Virus record (IMG/VR): IMGVR_UViG_3300027816_000081
Coordinates: 35,865 to 99,864 of that record
Reading direction: 5' to 3' (one strand)
Origin: a virus
DNA: 64,000 nucleotides
Shown: piece by piece, positions 46,934 to 56,198 of the stretch
Position numbering within the stretch: the first letter of the stretch is position 1
How the letters are laid out: every line of letters starts with the position of its first letter
The notes under the pieces: generated by a model
What the model saw: only the letters and a program-made list of their open reading frames with translations
The model's database searches: none
Told to the model about the DNA's origin: nothing
Position numbers and translations under genes: made by a program

Positions 46934-47664
46934 TAGTATCCTCCGGCACTGAGCAATTCTTTTACCTGAGATACGCCGTCGGTATTACGATGAAACTTCA
47001 ATGCCCACTGTTCAGGATTGATATAATCAAGAACCATTTTTTGCTGCGTAATGTCAAGGTTCTCAAGCAATTCAATACCGCTTTCACTATGATAGAGCAT
47101 CCAAGGACTGATCTTACCATTAACGATCAAACTGCAAATGCGATTTCTGTTACCATATCGCAGATAATCTTTGCTTTTAATCTTTTCATTCTTAGCATGT
47201 TCAATCGTAGTTTCAATACTACGAGCGATAGCATCCAATGGATCTTCCTGCTTAAGATAATCAACCAAGAACTTGTCATAGTTGCTATCACTGCACCAGT
47301 TATCAATCTTGACATTGTTCTTCAATAGCCAATCAGCATAACGGTTGACATTAATGCACTTAATGTCAACGCAATAGTGACCAAACTTGACAAAGGCAAT
47401 GTAGTATGCGCTCTTAGCAAAGTCCTGATAAGTCTTTTGCTTCTTGCTGGCAGTGTTTCTTTTGTAGAACTCAAGCCATGATTGAAAGCCAATACGATTG
47501 CCTGGCATGTCGCGGTCTTGCCACCTGCGCTTTGTCTCGCACAGATGGCTCATCATGGTTGTTTCCTTCTGAAAATACCTATTACAGAATTCGCACTGGA
47601 ACTCTGTCTTAGTTACCGAAGGCTTCTTCGTACTCTTTGATATCTTCGTCTGTAATAAGGTCAC
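46933..47664 (-). CDS. Hypothetical protein with N-terminal zinc finger
   Basis: FQCEFCNRYF...HLCE; G.ISPW. Confidence 0.75.
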   Translation of the reverse strand: MTLLQTKISKSTKKPSVTKTEFQCEFCNRYFQKETTMMSHLCETKRRWQDRDMPGNRIGFQSWLEFYKRNTASKKQKTYQDFAKSAYYIAFVKFGHYCVDIKCINVNRYADWLLKNNVKIDNWCSDSNYDKFLVDYLKQEDPLDAIARSIETTIEHAKNEKIKSKDYLRYGNRNRICSLIVNGKISPWMLYHSESGIELLENLDITQQKMVLDYINPEQWALKFHRNTDGVSQVKELLSAGGY

Positions 47665-48196
47665 TTAACAACTCAATCTCATCAAACTTTAATTCGGGGA
47701 ACTTATTAGCAAGATACATCTTTTTCTTGTGACTGTCAACAAATACCTCAGTGATTAGGGTAAGATCACTGTCACTTGATTTGGGATATACCTTCTTATA
47801 ATAGTCCTTAATTTCTTTGTGCTTTGGGCTTTCTTTAAGCTTACTTACACGCTCACGGATATGCGGAATCCATTGATGAAACTGTTTGCCTATACCCGGG
47901 CTTGCAGCACACAACATCAACCATTGTAGCTTAGGATGCTTTTGTACGTTCTCATTGAACAGATATCTATTGGCATGATAATCAGTGCTTTGTAGATAGT
48001 ATGATTGAATGTCCTTACTACCTTTAACTGCACTGATCCAATGAATCATCATGAATGGCACGAACTTCTTTTGCTGTTCGGGAGTTAATCTATCATAGTA
48101 CGAATAGTCCTTGCGATCAATAGCCGCAAGTGCGTCAAAGAGGTCAAACTCAACCTTCTCAAACTTTTCGTCCGCTGATAGTTTCTCTTTAGCCAT
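47609..48196 (-). CDS. Possible clamp-loader small subunit (gp62-like)
   Basis: PFM..W.S...AN..F....HPKLQW...KQFHQWI pattern loosely resembles gp62. Confidence 0.45.
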   Translation of the reverse strand: MAKEKLSADEKFEKVEFDLFDALAAIDRKDYSYYDRLTPEQQKKFVPFMMIHWISAVKGSKDIQSYYLQSTDYHANRYLFNENVQKHPKLQWLMLCAASPGIGKQFHQWIPHIRERVSKLKESPKHKEIKDYYKKVYPKSSDSDLTLITEVFVDSHKKKMYLANKFPELKFDEIELLSDLITDEDIKEYEEAFGN

Positions 48197-48619
48197 TTAC
48201 GACTTCAACGCTTCCATAGTAAGAATATGTTCAACTGCCTGACCAATAGTTTGATCACCCGTAACGAGTACAAGTTCAGGACCATCATGTTCTTTATAGC
48301 GATCTTGCTTGTAATATTCAATGATGTTTCCGCCCTGTGCTGCATAAATGGTGAAACGAATGCTGGACTTGCCGCTGAGGCTGTCACGGGCACGAACCGT
48401 TTCTGTAGCATACACTTCTTCTTCCCGTGCGCTTTCCCAAGCTTGACGAACCCAATTATTAAACTTCTTTCTAAACCAACCCATCTTCTTTTCCTTCTCT
48501 TTTCTTACCTTGCGTGTCCTAGCAGTGTCAAGTCTAAACACACCAGCACTAGGAGGAATGCCAGCCATTGTTCTATTATACTTTGCCTGCCCTAACGATA
48601 TGCTACCACTACCGGACAT
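48197..48619 (-). CDS. Hypothetical protein
   Basis: 140-aa ORF in operon. Confidence 0.65.
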   Translation of the reverse strand: MSGSGSISLGQAKYNRTMAGIPPSAGVFRLDTARTRKVRKEKEKKMGWFRKKFNNWVRQAWESAREEEVYATETVRARDSLSGKSSIRFTIYAAQGGNIIEYYKQDRYKEHDGPELVLVTGDQTIGQAVEHILTMEALKS

Positions 48620-48756
48620 TATGACTTCTTCTTAGTCTTCTTCTTAATGAAAGTTTCAACTTCAATGTCAGGGAATAAAGTGCGAATCACTCCCATAACA
48701 TCACCTTCCTTCTTTTTCTTTGCACACTTCTTATACGATTCTAGAACACTGGTCAT
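48619..48756 (-). CDS. Small lysine-rich protein (45 aa)
   Basis: Not in ORF track; AAGGAG SD; MTSVLESYKKCAKKKKEGDVMGVIRTLFPDIEVETFIKKKTKKKS; TAA overlaps next ATG. Confidence 0.65.
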   Translation of the reverse strand: MTSVLESYKKCAKKKKEGDVMGVIRTLFPDIEVETFIKKKTKKKS

Positions 48757-48767
48757 TTGTTTGCTCC

Positions 48768-49268
48768 TTAATATGCCATTGAATAATCTACGATTTCACA
48801 ATTTCTACTGACTTCTTTAACAAAATAAATGCATCTAGGCTTTTCTCCATCATCAATAGGTACACATAAAAACTGACCATTTTTTAATCTTGGCGCATAC
48901 CAAGTAACTTCTGGATAGATATCTAATATCTCAATAGGTAAGAATGAAGGACTGAATGAACTTAATGGATTAAACTGAAACACATTGAATCCCCTGTCAT
49001 TGAGACTAGTAAGAGGTAGAGCTTCTAAGTCACCGTGTTCTTGTTCACCAATCAACACTTGCCAATCAATTGGCATCTTAATTATTCTATCTGCTACTTT
49101 CAATACAAGCGCGGGGCTATTAAATGATTCAAGAAAAATCAAGGGTATGTAATGATAGTCTACGTTTGCCGGAACACTATTATCTAGAATAGCAAAGCGC
49201 AAATCATCAATTTCGTCGGGTAGAGTTTCTAGGTTATAGAACTCGTTATCTAATGTTAGTATTCGCAT
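48768..49268 (-). CDS. Hypothetical protein
   Basis: PLIFLESFNSPA, WYAP.LKNGQ.L..P. Confidence 0.8.
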   Translation of the reverse strand: MRILTLDNEFYNLETLPDEIDDLRFAILDNSVPANVDYHYIPLIFLESFNSPALVLKVADRIIKMPIDWQVLIGEQEHGDLEALPLTSLNDRGFNVFQFNPLSSFSPSFLPIEILDIYPEVTWYAPRLKNGQFLCVPIDDGEKPRCIYFVKEVSRNCEIVDYSMAY

Positions 49269-49274
49269 TGTAAT

Positions 49275-49303
49275 ATAATATCACGGTTGCTATAGGTTGT
49301 CAA
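49275..49303 (-). promoter_or_regulatory. Sigma70-like promoter TTGACA-N17-TATTAT
   Basis: ATG 6 nt after the -10 box. Confidence 0.8.
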
Positions 49304-49307
49304 CATT

Positions 49308-50765
49308 TTAATAATTTAATTTTTCCAAAGTGAAGGGATAATTAGCCTCTTTGTAATAAGCTTTGCGTTGCGTCAAGTGACGCTTTGCAAACTTACAGGA
49401 GCTTGTAATGTCCCAAATCTGTACGAAATCTTTATCTTCTGCTTTACGAATGCCGCGTCCTATTGACTGAATAACGCGGACAAACGATTTACCAGGCTCA
49501 ATAAGAACCAAATTAAAGATGCGAGGAATATTAATACCGACAGCCGCAACGCCATACGTAGCGACAATAATCTTGTCATCACTTGTCGCAACTTCGTCAT
49601 ATTCTTCCTTTCTTTCAGTGAGACTTGTAGAGCCATTGACAAACACTGCATTAGAACCTAATCTACTTACAATCTCTTTACCGGCATTAACTCTGTCCAC
49701 GAGAACAAGAGTATTGCCAGTCTCATTAACCTTCTCAATAAGTCCTGCAATAGTATCTAGTCTATTATCATCCTCTAGTAGATGCTTTAATTCACTTTGA
49801 TAATTAGTAAACTCTACATTATCCTTAAGCTGCACGATGTTCACATGACATTGTGCAAGAACACCCTTCTCTTGCAATTCACTTGCTGACAACTGCCCAA
49901 TGACAGGACCAAGTGAGACAAGCAATGATACCCGGTCCATTTCAGCCTTAGGAATAGTTCCTGTCAGTCCCCAACGAATCGGAATGTTACTGAACACGCC
50001 CGTAAGCATGGTCTTGAGAACATCAGCCTTAGCCATATGGACCTCATCAACTATGACACAAGCAATGTCTTCAAAGAAAAACTCATCAAGATTTTCTTCT
50101 CCTGCATCGGCTGTGTTCTTAAACAGATTGTTTAATGATTGCCATGTACAGATTGTATGCGTCTTGCCATAGTCTTTACGATCACCAAAGTAAACGCCTA
50201 CGTCAAGTCCTAGATTGATGTAGTCTGCTTCTGTCTGTACGACTAGGCTCTTGTTAGGGACGATTACGAGACTGCGGCCATACTTCTCTACACTCTTAGA
50301 TAGAGCAGCAGTCATAAGTGTCTTACCCGCACCCGTAGCGACTTCCTGCAAGCTCTGAGGATTGGCCAAGAAGTTGTTGATGATTTGAACCTGATAGTCA
50401 CGAAGCATGATAGGCTGTCCAGCCATTGGATGCTTGTCTGGCCATACCTTATCACTAAAGCTATCTTCACGTATTAGATCAAACTCTAGCTTACCGTGCT
50501 GTTCCCTGTTGTCTATCAGTTCAATGTCATAATTCTTATCGTATAGATATGTGATAACATCTTCCAGTAGGTTCAGATAAGTGCTACCTGCAAGACTGAA
50601 ATAACTGATCTTGCCATTCCAACGGCCCAAACGAACCGAAGGCAAATATCTTGCCCCCGGCTTTTCGTACTCAAACTTCTTCATCAATGCTCTTCGGTCT
50701 GACAATTCAAGACCTTCAATTTTCACATTGACTTCATCCTTAATGATGATTTTTGCTTCGTTCAT
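49308..50765 (-). CDS. uvsW: SF2 DNA helicase UvsW
   Basis: G.W.GKI, LRDYQ, ATGAGKT, DEVH, GLTGT, VGINIP, QSIGRGIRK. Confidence 0.93.
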   Translation of the reverse strand: MNEAKIIIKDEVNVKIEGLELSDRRALMKKFEYEKPGARYLPSVRLGRWNGKISYFSLAGSTYLNLLEDVITYLYDKNYDIELIDNREQHGKLEFDLIREDSFSDKVWPDKHPMAGQPIMLRDYQVQIINNFLANPQSLQEVATGAGKTLMTAALSKSVEKYGRSLVIVPNKSLVVQTEADYINLGLDVGVYFGDRKDYGKTHTICTWQSLNNLFKNTADAGEENLDEFFFEDIACVIVDEVHMAKADVLKTMLTGVFSNIPIRWGLTGTIPKAEMDRVSLLVSLGPVIGQLSASELQEKGVLAQCHVNIVQLKDNVEFTNYQSELKHLLEDDNRLDTIAGLIEKVNETGNTLVLVDRVNAGKEIVSRLGSNAVFVNGSTSLTERKEEYDEVATSDDKIIVATYGVAAVGINIPRIFNLVLIEPGKSFVRVIQSIGRGIRKAEDKDFVQIWDITSSCKFAKRHLTQRKAYYKEANYPFTLEKLNY

Positions 50766-51760
50766 TTTACCTCAATCGGTCGGCTATCTTTAAGCACGAC
50801 TGTTTTACTTATTTGCCCTGCAAAGGCATTGCGAATATCAATGTTGCTAGTATGCTGCAACAGCATGTTTACGCCCTCAGGAAGTTTACCGAACGCCATT
50901 GGACCAAGAGGATTCATGCCATATTTGGAAATAAGCTCGTTGAGAGTATCTTGATTTAACTGTGTACGTAGACCTCTACCGATAATCACATTATTGCAGC
51001 CCAAACTTTTCATCCACGAAATTGCCGTTTCTACCTGATCAATTTCCATTTCATAGACACGCTTGCTTGCAAACTCTAATTTAGGATTAGTCGCATAAAC
51101 ACGTTCATCAATATTGATTCCCATTAGTGACAACCTAAACAAGGTCTTTGGATCAACCTGAATAACCATGTCCTTAATCAACTCGCCCAAAACACTATTG
51201 ATGGCAACAATAATAGGCCTATCATTAACTACATATAATGTAGGATCGTATACCTCAGCATAATAGGTGTTGATATCATCAAGTAGGCTAGACAATTGAT
51301 CATCAAACCTAACAGTATCAAAATACTTACCAAGTTCAGTATTTGCTATTTTAAGTGCTGTGGTACTAAAAGGAGCACGATACATTTTGGTATCGCGGTT
51401 CCATTCAAAATTGTTGTTCTTGACCTGCCTAAATGCACTGATAAACGGCTTGTTGAACGGCACCTTGATAACAATATCATTGTCATACAGAGACACGGTA
51501 GCACCGGTATATTCTGGTGTGCTTTCAACTACCATAGTCTTCCATGGCAGTGCCTTCAAGGTGTCCTTATCAAAACCGTTCTTAGTAAGCTGCTTCTTAT
51601 ACTTACTGATAAGATTGTCAAAGAGAGTTGCCTGATTACTAGTAACCCTGTCCTTATTCTGGATCATAGTTTGCAGGTTAGCCATGAACTTGTAGTCATA
51701 CTGACTCAAGCTTATCTTGCCGTTTAGGAAGAAATAAAGAAGCTGTTCTTTGTTGTTCAT
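50762..51760 (-). CDS. Hypothetical protein
   Basis: ~332 aa; promoter TTGTAA-N17-TATAGT (51767-51795) points to ATG 51760. Confidence 0.75.
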   Translation of the reverse strand: MNNKEQLLYFFLNGKISLSQYDYKFMANLQTMIQNKDRVTSNQATLFDNLISKYKKQLTKNGFDKDTLKALPWKTMVVESTPEYTGATVSLYDNDIVIKVPFNKPFISAFRQVKNNNFEWNRDTKMYRAPFSTTALKIANTELGKYFDTVRFDDQLSSLLDDINTYYAEVYDPTLYVVNDRPIIVAINSVLGELIKDMVIQVDPKTLFRLSLMGINIDERVYATNPKLEFASKRVYEMEIDQVETAISWMKSLGCNNVIIGRGLRTQLNQDTLNELISKYGMNPLGPMAFGKLPEGVNMLLQHTSNIDIRNAFAGQISKTVVLKDSRPIEVK

Positions 51761-51804
51761 GTCCATACTATATCACTATCACGTGGTATTTACAAGCATT
51801 CTGG

Positions 51805-51831
51805 AAAAAAGGGGGAGACCGAAGTCTCCCC
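51805..51831 (-). terminator. Rho-independent terminator with UUCG loop
   Basis: GGGGAGAC-TTCG-GTCTCCCC followed by a U6 tract. Confidence 0.92.
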
Positions 51832-51866
51832 TAGGTTACTATGACAAATACTCACCACGAGTTTCT

Positions 51867-52874
51867 TTATCCCCGCTTCATGCAAGTGCTTTCAGCAAGT
51901 GCCTTCCAGTTACGCGGGGAAATCTTGATAAGATCGGCAAGCTTGAGAGCCATACGAATTGACATTTCACGAAGCTTCTTCTGATTAGTCTGCATGAAGT
52001 CAAGCACTTCGGCGCCTTCGCCATTCTGAAAATTGTAGTCAGCGAACAGGCCACCTTCGGCGTCACGATCAACCTGACGAATGCGAAGCATCTTGTCACG
52101 CTGGGTGTCAATCGTCAAGTCAATGAAATGACAACGACTTTCAAGGGCTTCAAGGTGATCCTGCAACTTCTTGCTACGAACGTTTTCAAACTTGAGGTTC
52201 GTGATGAAGATAGCAGAACCATTGAAGTTGAAGCTGTTCGGAATACCCTCGTCACGCAGCAGGCGCGAGTCCGAGTTCCAGCAGATGCGCCGGCGCTTAC
52301 CACTGTCAAGAGCAGCCTTAAGAATGTTCAGGGCAAGTTCATCAGCAAACACGCTATCGCAATCGTCAAACACGAGGACGTTCTTCTTGTCGCTGTAGCG
52401 ATACAGCTGGGCATACAGACCGAGTGCAGTCATAGCACCCTTAACAACTTCATAGCGAAGCTTCTTGCCTGCAATCTTGTCAAACATAGAAGCCTTTTCA
52501 AGCTGTTGTTCAACACCAAACGACTTACCAACACCCGGAGGGCCCGAAACGATCATCGCACGAATGTCGCCGTTGATGCAAGCAGCCGACATTTCATCAA
52601 GGATCTGAAAACGAGTAGCAATACGATCCATTGCTTCTTCATCAGTTTCAGTAACGGTAGCAGTCGGGGTAGCATCACCGTCAAGGAATTCAACATCGCT
52701 AGTGTCAGCGATCTTGATGCGAACTTCATCAATGTTTACGGGGAAAGCACCGTCATTCTTGACAGTCACGAAAGTACCCTTCTTACCAGTCTGAAAACCC
52801 TTGACGAGAGTAAACTGGCTGTCGATGACCGGGTTGTTACGATATTCACCGTTCTTGATGAGAATGCGAGACAT
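51867..52874 (-). CDS. P-loop (AAA+-like) ATPase
   Basis: SGPPGVGKS Walker A, VFDDCD Walker B, FITN, ALESR; start MSRILIK at 52874 with GAGG SD. Confidence 0.85.
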   Translation of the reverse strand: MSRILIKNGEYRNNPVIDSQFTLVKGFQTGKKGTFVTVKNDGAFPVNIDEVRIKIADTSDVEFLDGDATPTATVTETDEEAMDRIATRFQILDEMSAACINGDIRAMIVSGPPGVGKSFGVEQQLEKASMFDKIAGKKLRYEVVKGAMTALGLYAQLYRYSDKKNVLVFDDCDSVFADELALNILKAALDSGKRRRICWNSDSRLLRDEGIPNSFNFNGSAIFITNLKFENVRSKKLQDHLEALESRCHFIDLTIDTQRDKMLRIRQVDRDAEGGLFADYNFQNGEGAEVLDFMQTNQKKLREMSIRMALKLADLIKISPRNWKALAESTCMKRG

Positions 52875-52905
52875 ATGAATTCCTCTGTGATGTGTTGATA
52901 TATTA

Positions 52906-52934
52906 GTTATAACAAAATGGGCATCCGAAGTCAA
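52906..52934 (-). promoter_or_regulatory. Sigma70-like promoter TTGACT-N17-TATAAC (extended -10)
   Basis: Consensus match. Confidence 0.82.
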
Positions 52935-52961
52935 CCAAAAAGTTGCCTCGGATGCCAGTTT

Positions 52962-53408
52962 TTATCCGTTCAAGCGAGCCTGAATTTCAAGAAAGAATTG
53001 ATTGTACTTTGCCATACGTTCAATGTCCTTCTGTGTGACGCCCTTGAGACGACGGATATCAGTGTTGTGACGAAGATCACAAAGCTTAACACGCATTGCA
53101 TCCTCGTTGGCAAACACTACTTCCTTGTATTCATCGTAGGTCTGACCGGGCTGCTTAGTCAGCGCCTTAACTCCGTTGATCACCCGTTCAGTGCAACCGA
53201 TTGCTTCAAGGTCTTTCCAAGTGGTTTTGGTATCTTCAACAACATCGTGAAGCAGTGCCATACACTGTAGTTCTTCATCGTCGGTCTTGAGATAATGCAT
53301 GACCTTTAGCGGGTGAAGAATGTACGGGTTGCCACCCCTGTCAAACTGACCTGCGTGAGCATTCGTAGCGAGAACTAGGACTTTGCCGAGTAGTTCACCT
53401 TTTTTCAT
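52962..53408 (-). CDS. HD-domain hydrolase, SpoT/MESH1 small-alarmone-hydrolase-like
   Basis: AHAGQ.D..G.PYI.HP, ALLHDVVEDT, V.ALTK, VKLCDLRHN. Confidence 0.88.
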   Translation of the reverse strand: MKKGELLGKVLVLATNAHAGQFDRGGNPYILHPLKVMHYLKTDDEELQCMALLHDVVEDTKTTWKDLEAIGCTERVINGVKALTKQPGQTYDEYKEVVFANEDAMRVKLCDLRHNTDIRRLKGVTQKDIERMAKYNQFFLEIQARLNG

Positions 53409-53435
53409 ATATGCTCCTTTCTCTGTCTATAATTA

Positions 53436-53464
53436 ACAATAGCAAATCGTAGGAGATATGTCAA
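53436..53464 (-). promoter_or_regulatory. Sigma70-like promoter TTGACA-N17-TATTGT (extended -10)
   Basis: Consensus match. Confidence 0.8.
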
Positions 53465-53469
53465 CCTCT

Positions 53470-53742
53470 TTATGGCTTTTTATTATTCATCGTAGACAAG
53501 ACTGACAGTGCAAATGATGCTAGGATCAATGTCAATACAAATGTAGCAGCACCATAGACTGCTAAGAACCATTGTGTTAGGACAACGATTACTGCCATAA
53601 GAGCAACCAAGCCAAACAACGCTGATAGTGTTTTGATGAGAACAAAAATTCCACTAGACCATCTGTTTGCAGTCTGCTCCAGTGCGGATAAAAAATTAGT
53701 AAGCCAAAGCTTTACTTGCTCACTGTTCCAATTGCTGTTCAT
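53470..53742 (-). CDS. Small membrane protein (2 TM)
   Basis: Two long hydrophobic stretches. Confidence 0.65.
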   Translation of the reverse strand: MNSNWNSEQVKLWLTNFLSALEQTANRWSSGIFVLIKTLSALFGLVALMAVIVVLTQWFLAVYGAATFVLTLILASFALSVLSTMNNKKP

Positions 53743-53902
53743 AATGAGATATCTCTTCCTTTAATTTGAGTTTACGCTTTTTTAACTCTTGGATTTTTAA
53801 ATCATCAGCGTGAGTGTAAACAAGCTGATTTATTTCCAATTCTAAATGATGATGCCTATGCTTTAATTCTGCAATGTGCAGTTTTAGTTTATCACACTTC
53901 AT
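53720..53902 (-). CDS. DUF465/YdcH-like coiled-coil protein
   Basis: L..L...H..L..EI.......DD..I..LKK.KL.LKEEI. Confidence 0.72.
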   Translation of the reverse strand: MKCDKLKLHIAELKHRHHHLELEINQLVYTHADDLKIQELKKRKLKLKEEISHYEQQLEQ

Positions 53903-54341
53903 TGTAGTCCTTCTTTAATGCTTCTACAGTTCTATAATGCTCAACCATCTTATCATAGTTGTCGTAATTAACTGCTTGTAGTTCAGGATACTTTCGCTCA
54001 AGGTCACGATCAGTCATATCCAACCGATATCTAAACCAACGATCTTCGTACCCATGCGGGTCAACAAATTCTTTGAAAGAAATATAGGGCATTTTCTGAA
54101 ACTTATCATTTCCAAGATTAAATGACATATGTTCAGTAGATTGAATCATTCTACCATCACCCTCGCATGTACTACAAGGGGTTCGGTATGTGCTATACTC
54201 TCTCTTATGATAGTCTGTCAATTCGTCCTTCTCAAAGAATCCAAATCCATTGCAACGATCACACAGAATGACTTTGTTAGACCTTGACATAGAACCAGTG
54301 ATGGTCTTTGGTAGATCATCAAGTTCAATCTTCTGGGACAT
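53892..54341 (-). CDS. Protein with DnaJ-type zinc-finger motifs
   Basis: CDRCNGFG and CSTCEGDG; likely start MSQKIEL. Confidence 0.7.
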   Translation of the reverse strand: MSQKIELDDLPKTITGSMSRSNKVILCDRCNGFGFFEKDELTDYHKREYSTYRTPCSTCEGDGRMIQSTEHMSFNLGNDKFQKMPYISFKEFVDPHGYEDRWFRYRLDMTDRDLERKYPELQAVNYDNYDKMVEHYRTVEALKKDYNEV

Positions 54342-55053
54342 TGATTTCCCAACCACTAGCTTCGTAATATGCCCAAGTGTCCTTGTTTTTCTTTTGGAAG
54401 ATAGCTTCAATATAGGTTACGTTATTCTTGATATGATGCTCCCACAAGTTAGTGATGGGATTATTCTTGAGAAGCGGTAACATGATACGGACGCCATTTG
54501 TATCTTGAAACCAGTATTCATTTACAACTGAACGCTTGCGTCCATTATGAACCTTATTAATAAAGGATAGTGCTATTGTGCCTTCAACTCTACTAGGGCC
54601 CTTAACTTCCGAATATTCTCCACCAAAAATCTCTGTCAACGACATATCATATTCATAGAAGTAAGGAAGCTTGTAGATCATTCCTACAAACTTGGAAGTT
54701 ACGCGGCTAGGAGAGTCAGTTAGATAGGTCAACAAATCTGTTCTATATCTAGTAAAGTGTTCATTGCGTAGTTTGGCAACAAGCAACTTTGACTTATAAT
54801 AAGACCTAACAATCTCTGCAAAAACACGATCCTGATCGGTAATCTTAGATGCAATCTTATCAGTGTGTTCGGTCAATGACCAGTTTCTATACTGGTAGCC
54901 CTTCTCTGCATCCTTGGTCAAGCGATAAAGTGTGCAACTGACAAGCAGTGGATCTTGTGTAAAGTTATACACGATATCCGGATCGTTATCAGCAACGGAA
55001 GTTGTCAACAAATCGTCCCAATTTTGGACTATAGATACATTAATCTTGCTCAT
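54325..55053 (-). CDS. Hypothetical protein
   Basis: 242 aa; promoter TTGATA-N17-TAGTGT (55060-55088). Confidence 0.78.
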   Translation of the reverse strand: MSKINVSIVQNWDDLLTTSVADNDPDIVYNFTQDPLLVSCTLYRLTKDAEKGYQYRNWSLTEHTDKIASKITDQDRVFAEIVRSYYKSKLLVAKLRNEHFTRYRTDLLTYLTDSPSRVTSKFVGMIYKLPYFYEYDMSLTEIFGGEYSEVKGPSRVEGTIALSFINKVHNGRKRSVVNEYWFQDTNGVRIMLPLLKNNPITNLWEHHIKNNVTYIEAIFQKKNKDTWAYYEASGWEINVPED

Positions 55054-55096
55054 ATTTTTACACTATCTTATATCGTGCCAAGTATCAATAGCTAGG

Positions 55097-55555
55097 TTAC
55101 CCAATTGATACATCTTCCATACCAGCAGTTCGTAGACGGACAATGTGCCCTAACTGCCACTGTTTGGCGTCAATTCCTTTAATCACGCCAGTCCATTTAT
55201 TACGAAGCAATGCTACTTCGTTAATCAAGACTTCATAATCAATAACCTCATCTTCGCCGTCAACATATTTTTCGGCAATACGTTCGGTCAATTGTCTGTT
55301 ATATGCTTCTAGATATTTTTTATAATGCTTTCTACGAATCTTGCGTAACTGGATTTCTAGGTACCGTAATACCGCCTCAATCTCTTGAAGTTGATTGAAG
55401 CGATACTCCGTGACTCCGGGTAGTGCAGCAATGTTCTTTTCAACATTGCCGTACACCTTTACATCATTACGTGCGGATAACAATTCATTTTCATAATGGG
55501 TTATGAAGTCAGGAATGTGACTTAAATCACTTGTTATCTTACTATACCAGGTCAT
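55097..55555 (-). CDS. uvsY: Recombination mediator UvsY-like
   Basis: Helical, YLEAYNR.L, YVDGEDEV, QWQL..IV.LR..G; in the uvsX operon. Confidence 0.72.
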   Translation of the reverse strand: MTWYSKITSDLSHIPDFITHYENELLSARNDVKVYGNVEKNIAALPGVTEYRFNQLQEIEAVLRYLEIQLRKIRRKHYKKYLEAYNRQLTERIAEKYVDGEDEVIDYEVLINEVALLRNKWTGVIKGIDAKQWQLGHIVRLRTAGMEDVSIG

Positions 55556-55836
55556 TAGTATGGATCGTCGTCGTAATAATCGTCTTCGTCGTAGTAATCG
55601 TCTTCGTCAAAATCATCAGTTTGATCAAAGAGTACTCCTGATTCGGGTGTTTCTAGATAAAATTCAAGTGCTTCCTTGATATCCTTGTCACCTCTAAAAG
55701 TATTCTTGATTTCGTGTGCTGAATAATCTTCTTCAACTAGGTAATTAACTAGTGTTTCGGCTGCACCATCTACATCGCCAGCTTCAATACTAGACTTAAG
55801 AAGCTTCCAAACTTCACCGATTAATCCAATGCTCAT
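55555..55836 (-). CDS. Hypothetical protein with acidic tail
   Basis: DDFDEDDYYDEDDYYDDD C-terminus. Confidence 0.7.
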   Translation of the reverse strand: MSIGLIGEVWKLLKSSIEAGDVDGAAETLVNYLVEEDYSAHEIKNTFRGDKDIKEALEFYLETPESGVLFDQTDDFDEDDYYDEDDYYDDDPY

Positions 55837-56198
55837 TCTGCTAACTCCTTAAACTCAACTTTCAATTCATTCATTACTTCTTGAAAATCATTTTCAGGGA
55901 ATGCCATACGACCCAAGTTAAACATTCTTCTACATAGCCGAACATTTTCTTTACTGTAAGGTCCGGCATTGTCAAGACGTTCGGGACTAATAGCGAATGG
56001 ATGATGTTTAATTTTATTGTAGTTTGGGTCTAAAGGAAGACCTGACCAATAACACTTTCCACCTTGTTCACTGAACATATCTACTAGATCCTGAGGGGTT
56101 ATAGTGACCTCTTTTACTGGACGACCAGAGACTCGGTTCCTTCCCATACTATATGCAATGCCGGATAGCATCTTCTTTGCCAAACTAAGTTCCATCAT
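55833..56198 (-). CDS. His-Me/HNH-like endonuclease domain protein
   Basis: QGGKCYWSG, SPERLDN...Y...NVRLC...N. Confidence 0.65.
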   Translation of the reverse strand: MMELSLAKKMLSGIAYSMGRNRVSGRPVKEVTITPQDLVDMFSEQGGKCYWSGLPLDPNYNKIKHHPFAISPERLDNAGPYSKENVRLCRRMFNLGRMAFPENDFQEVMNELKVEFKELAE

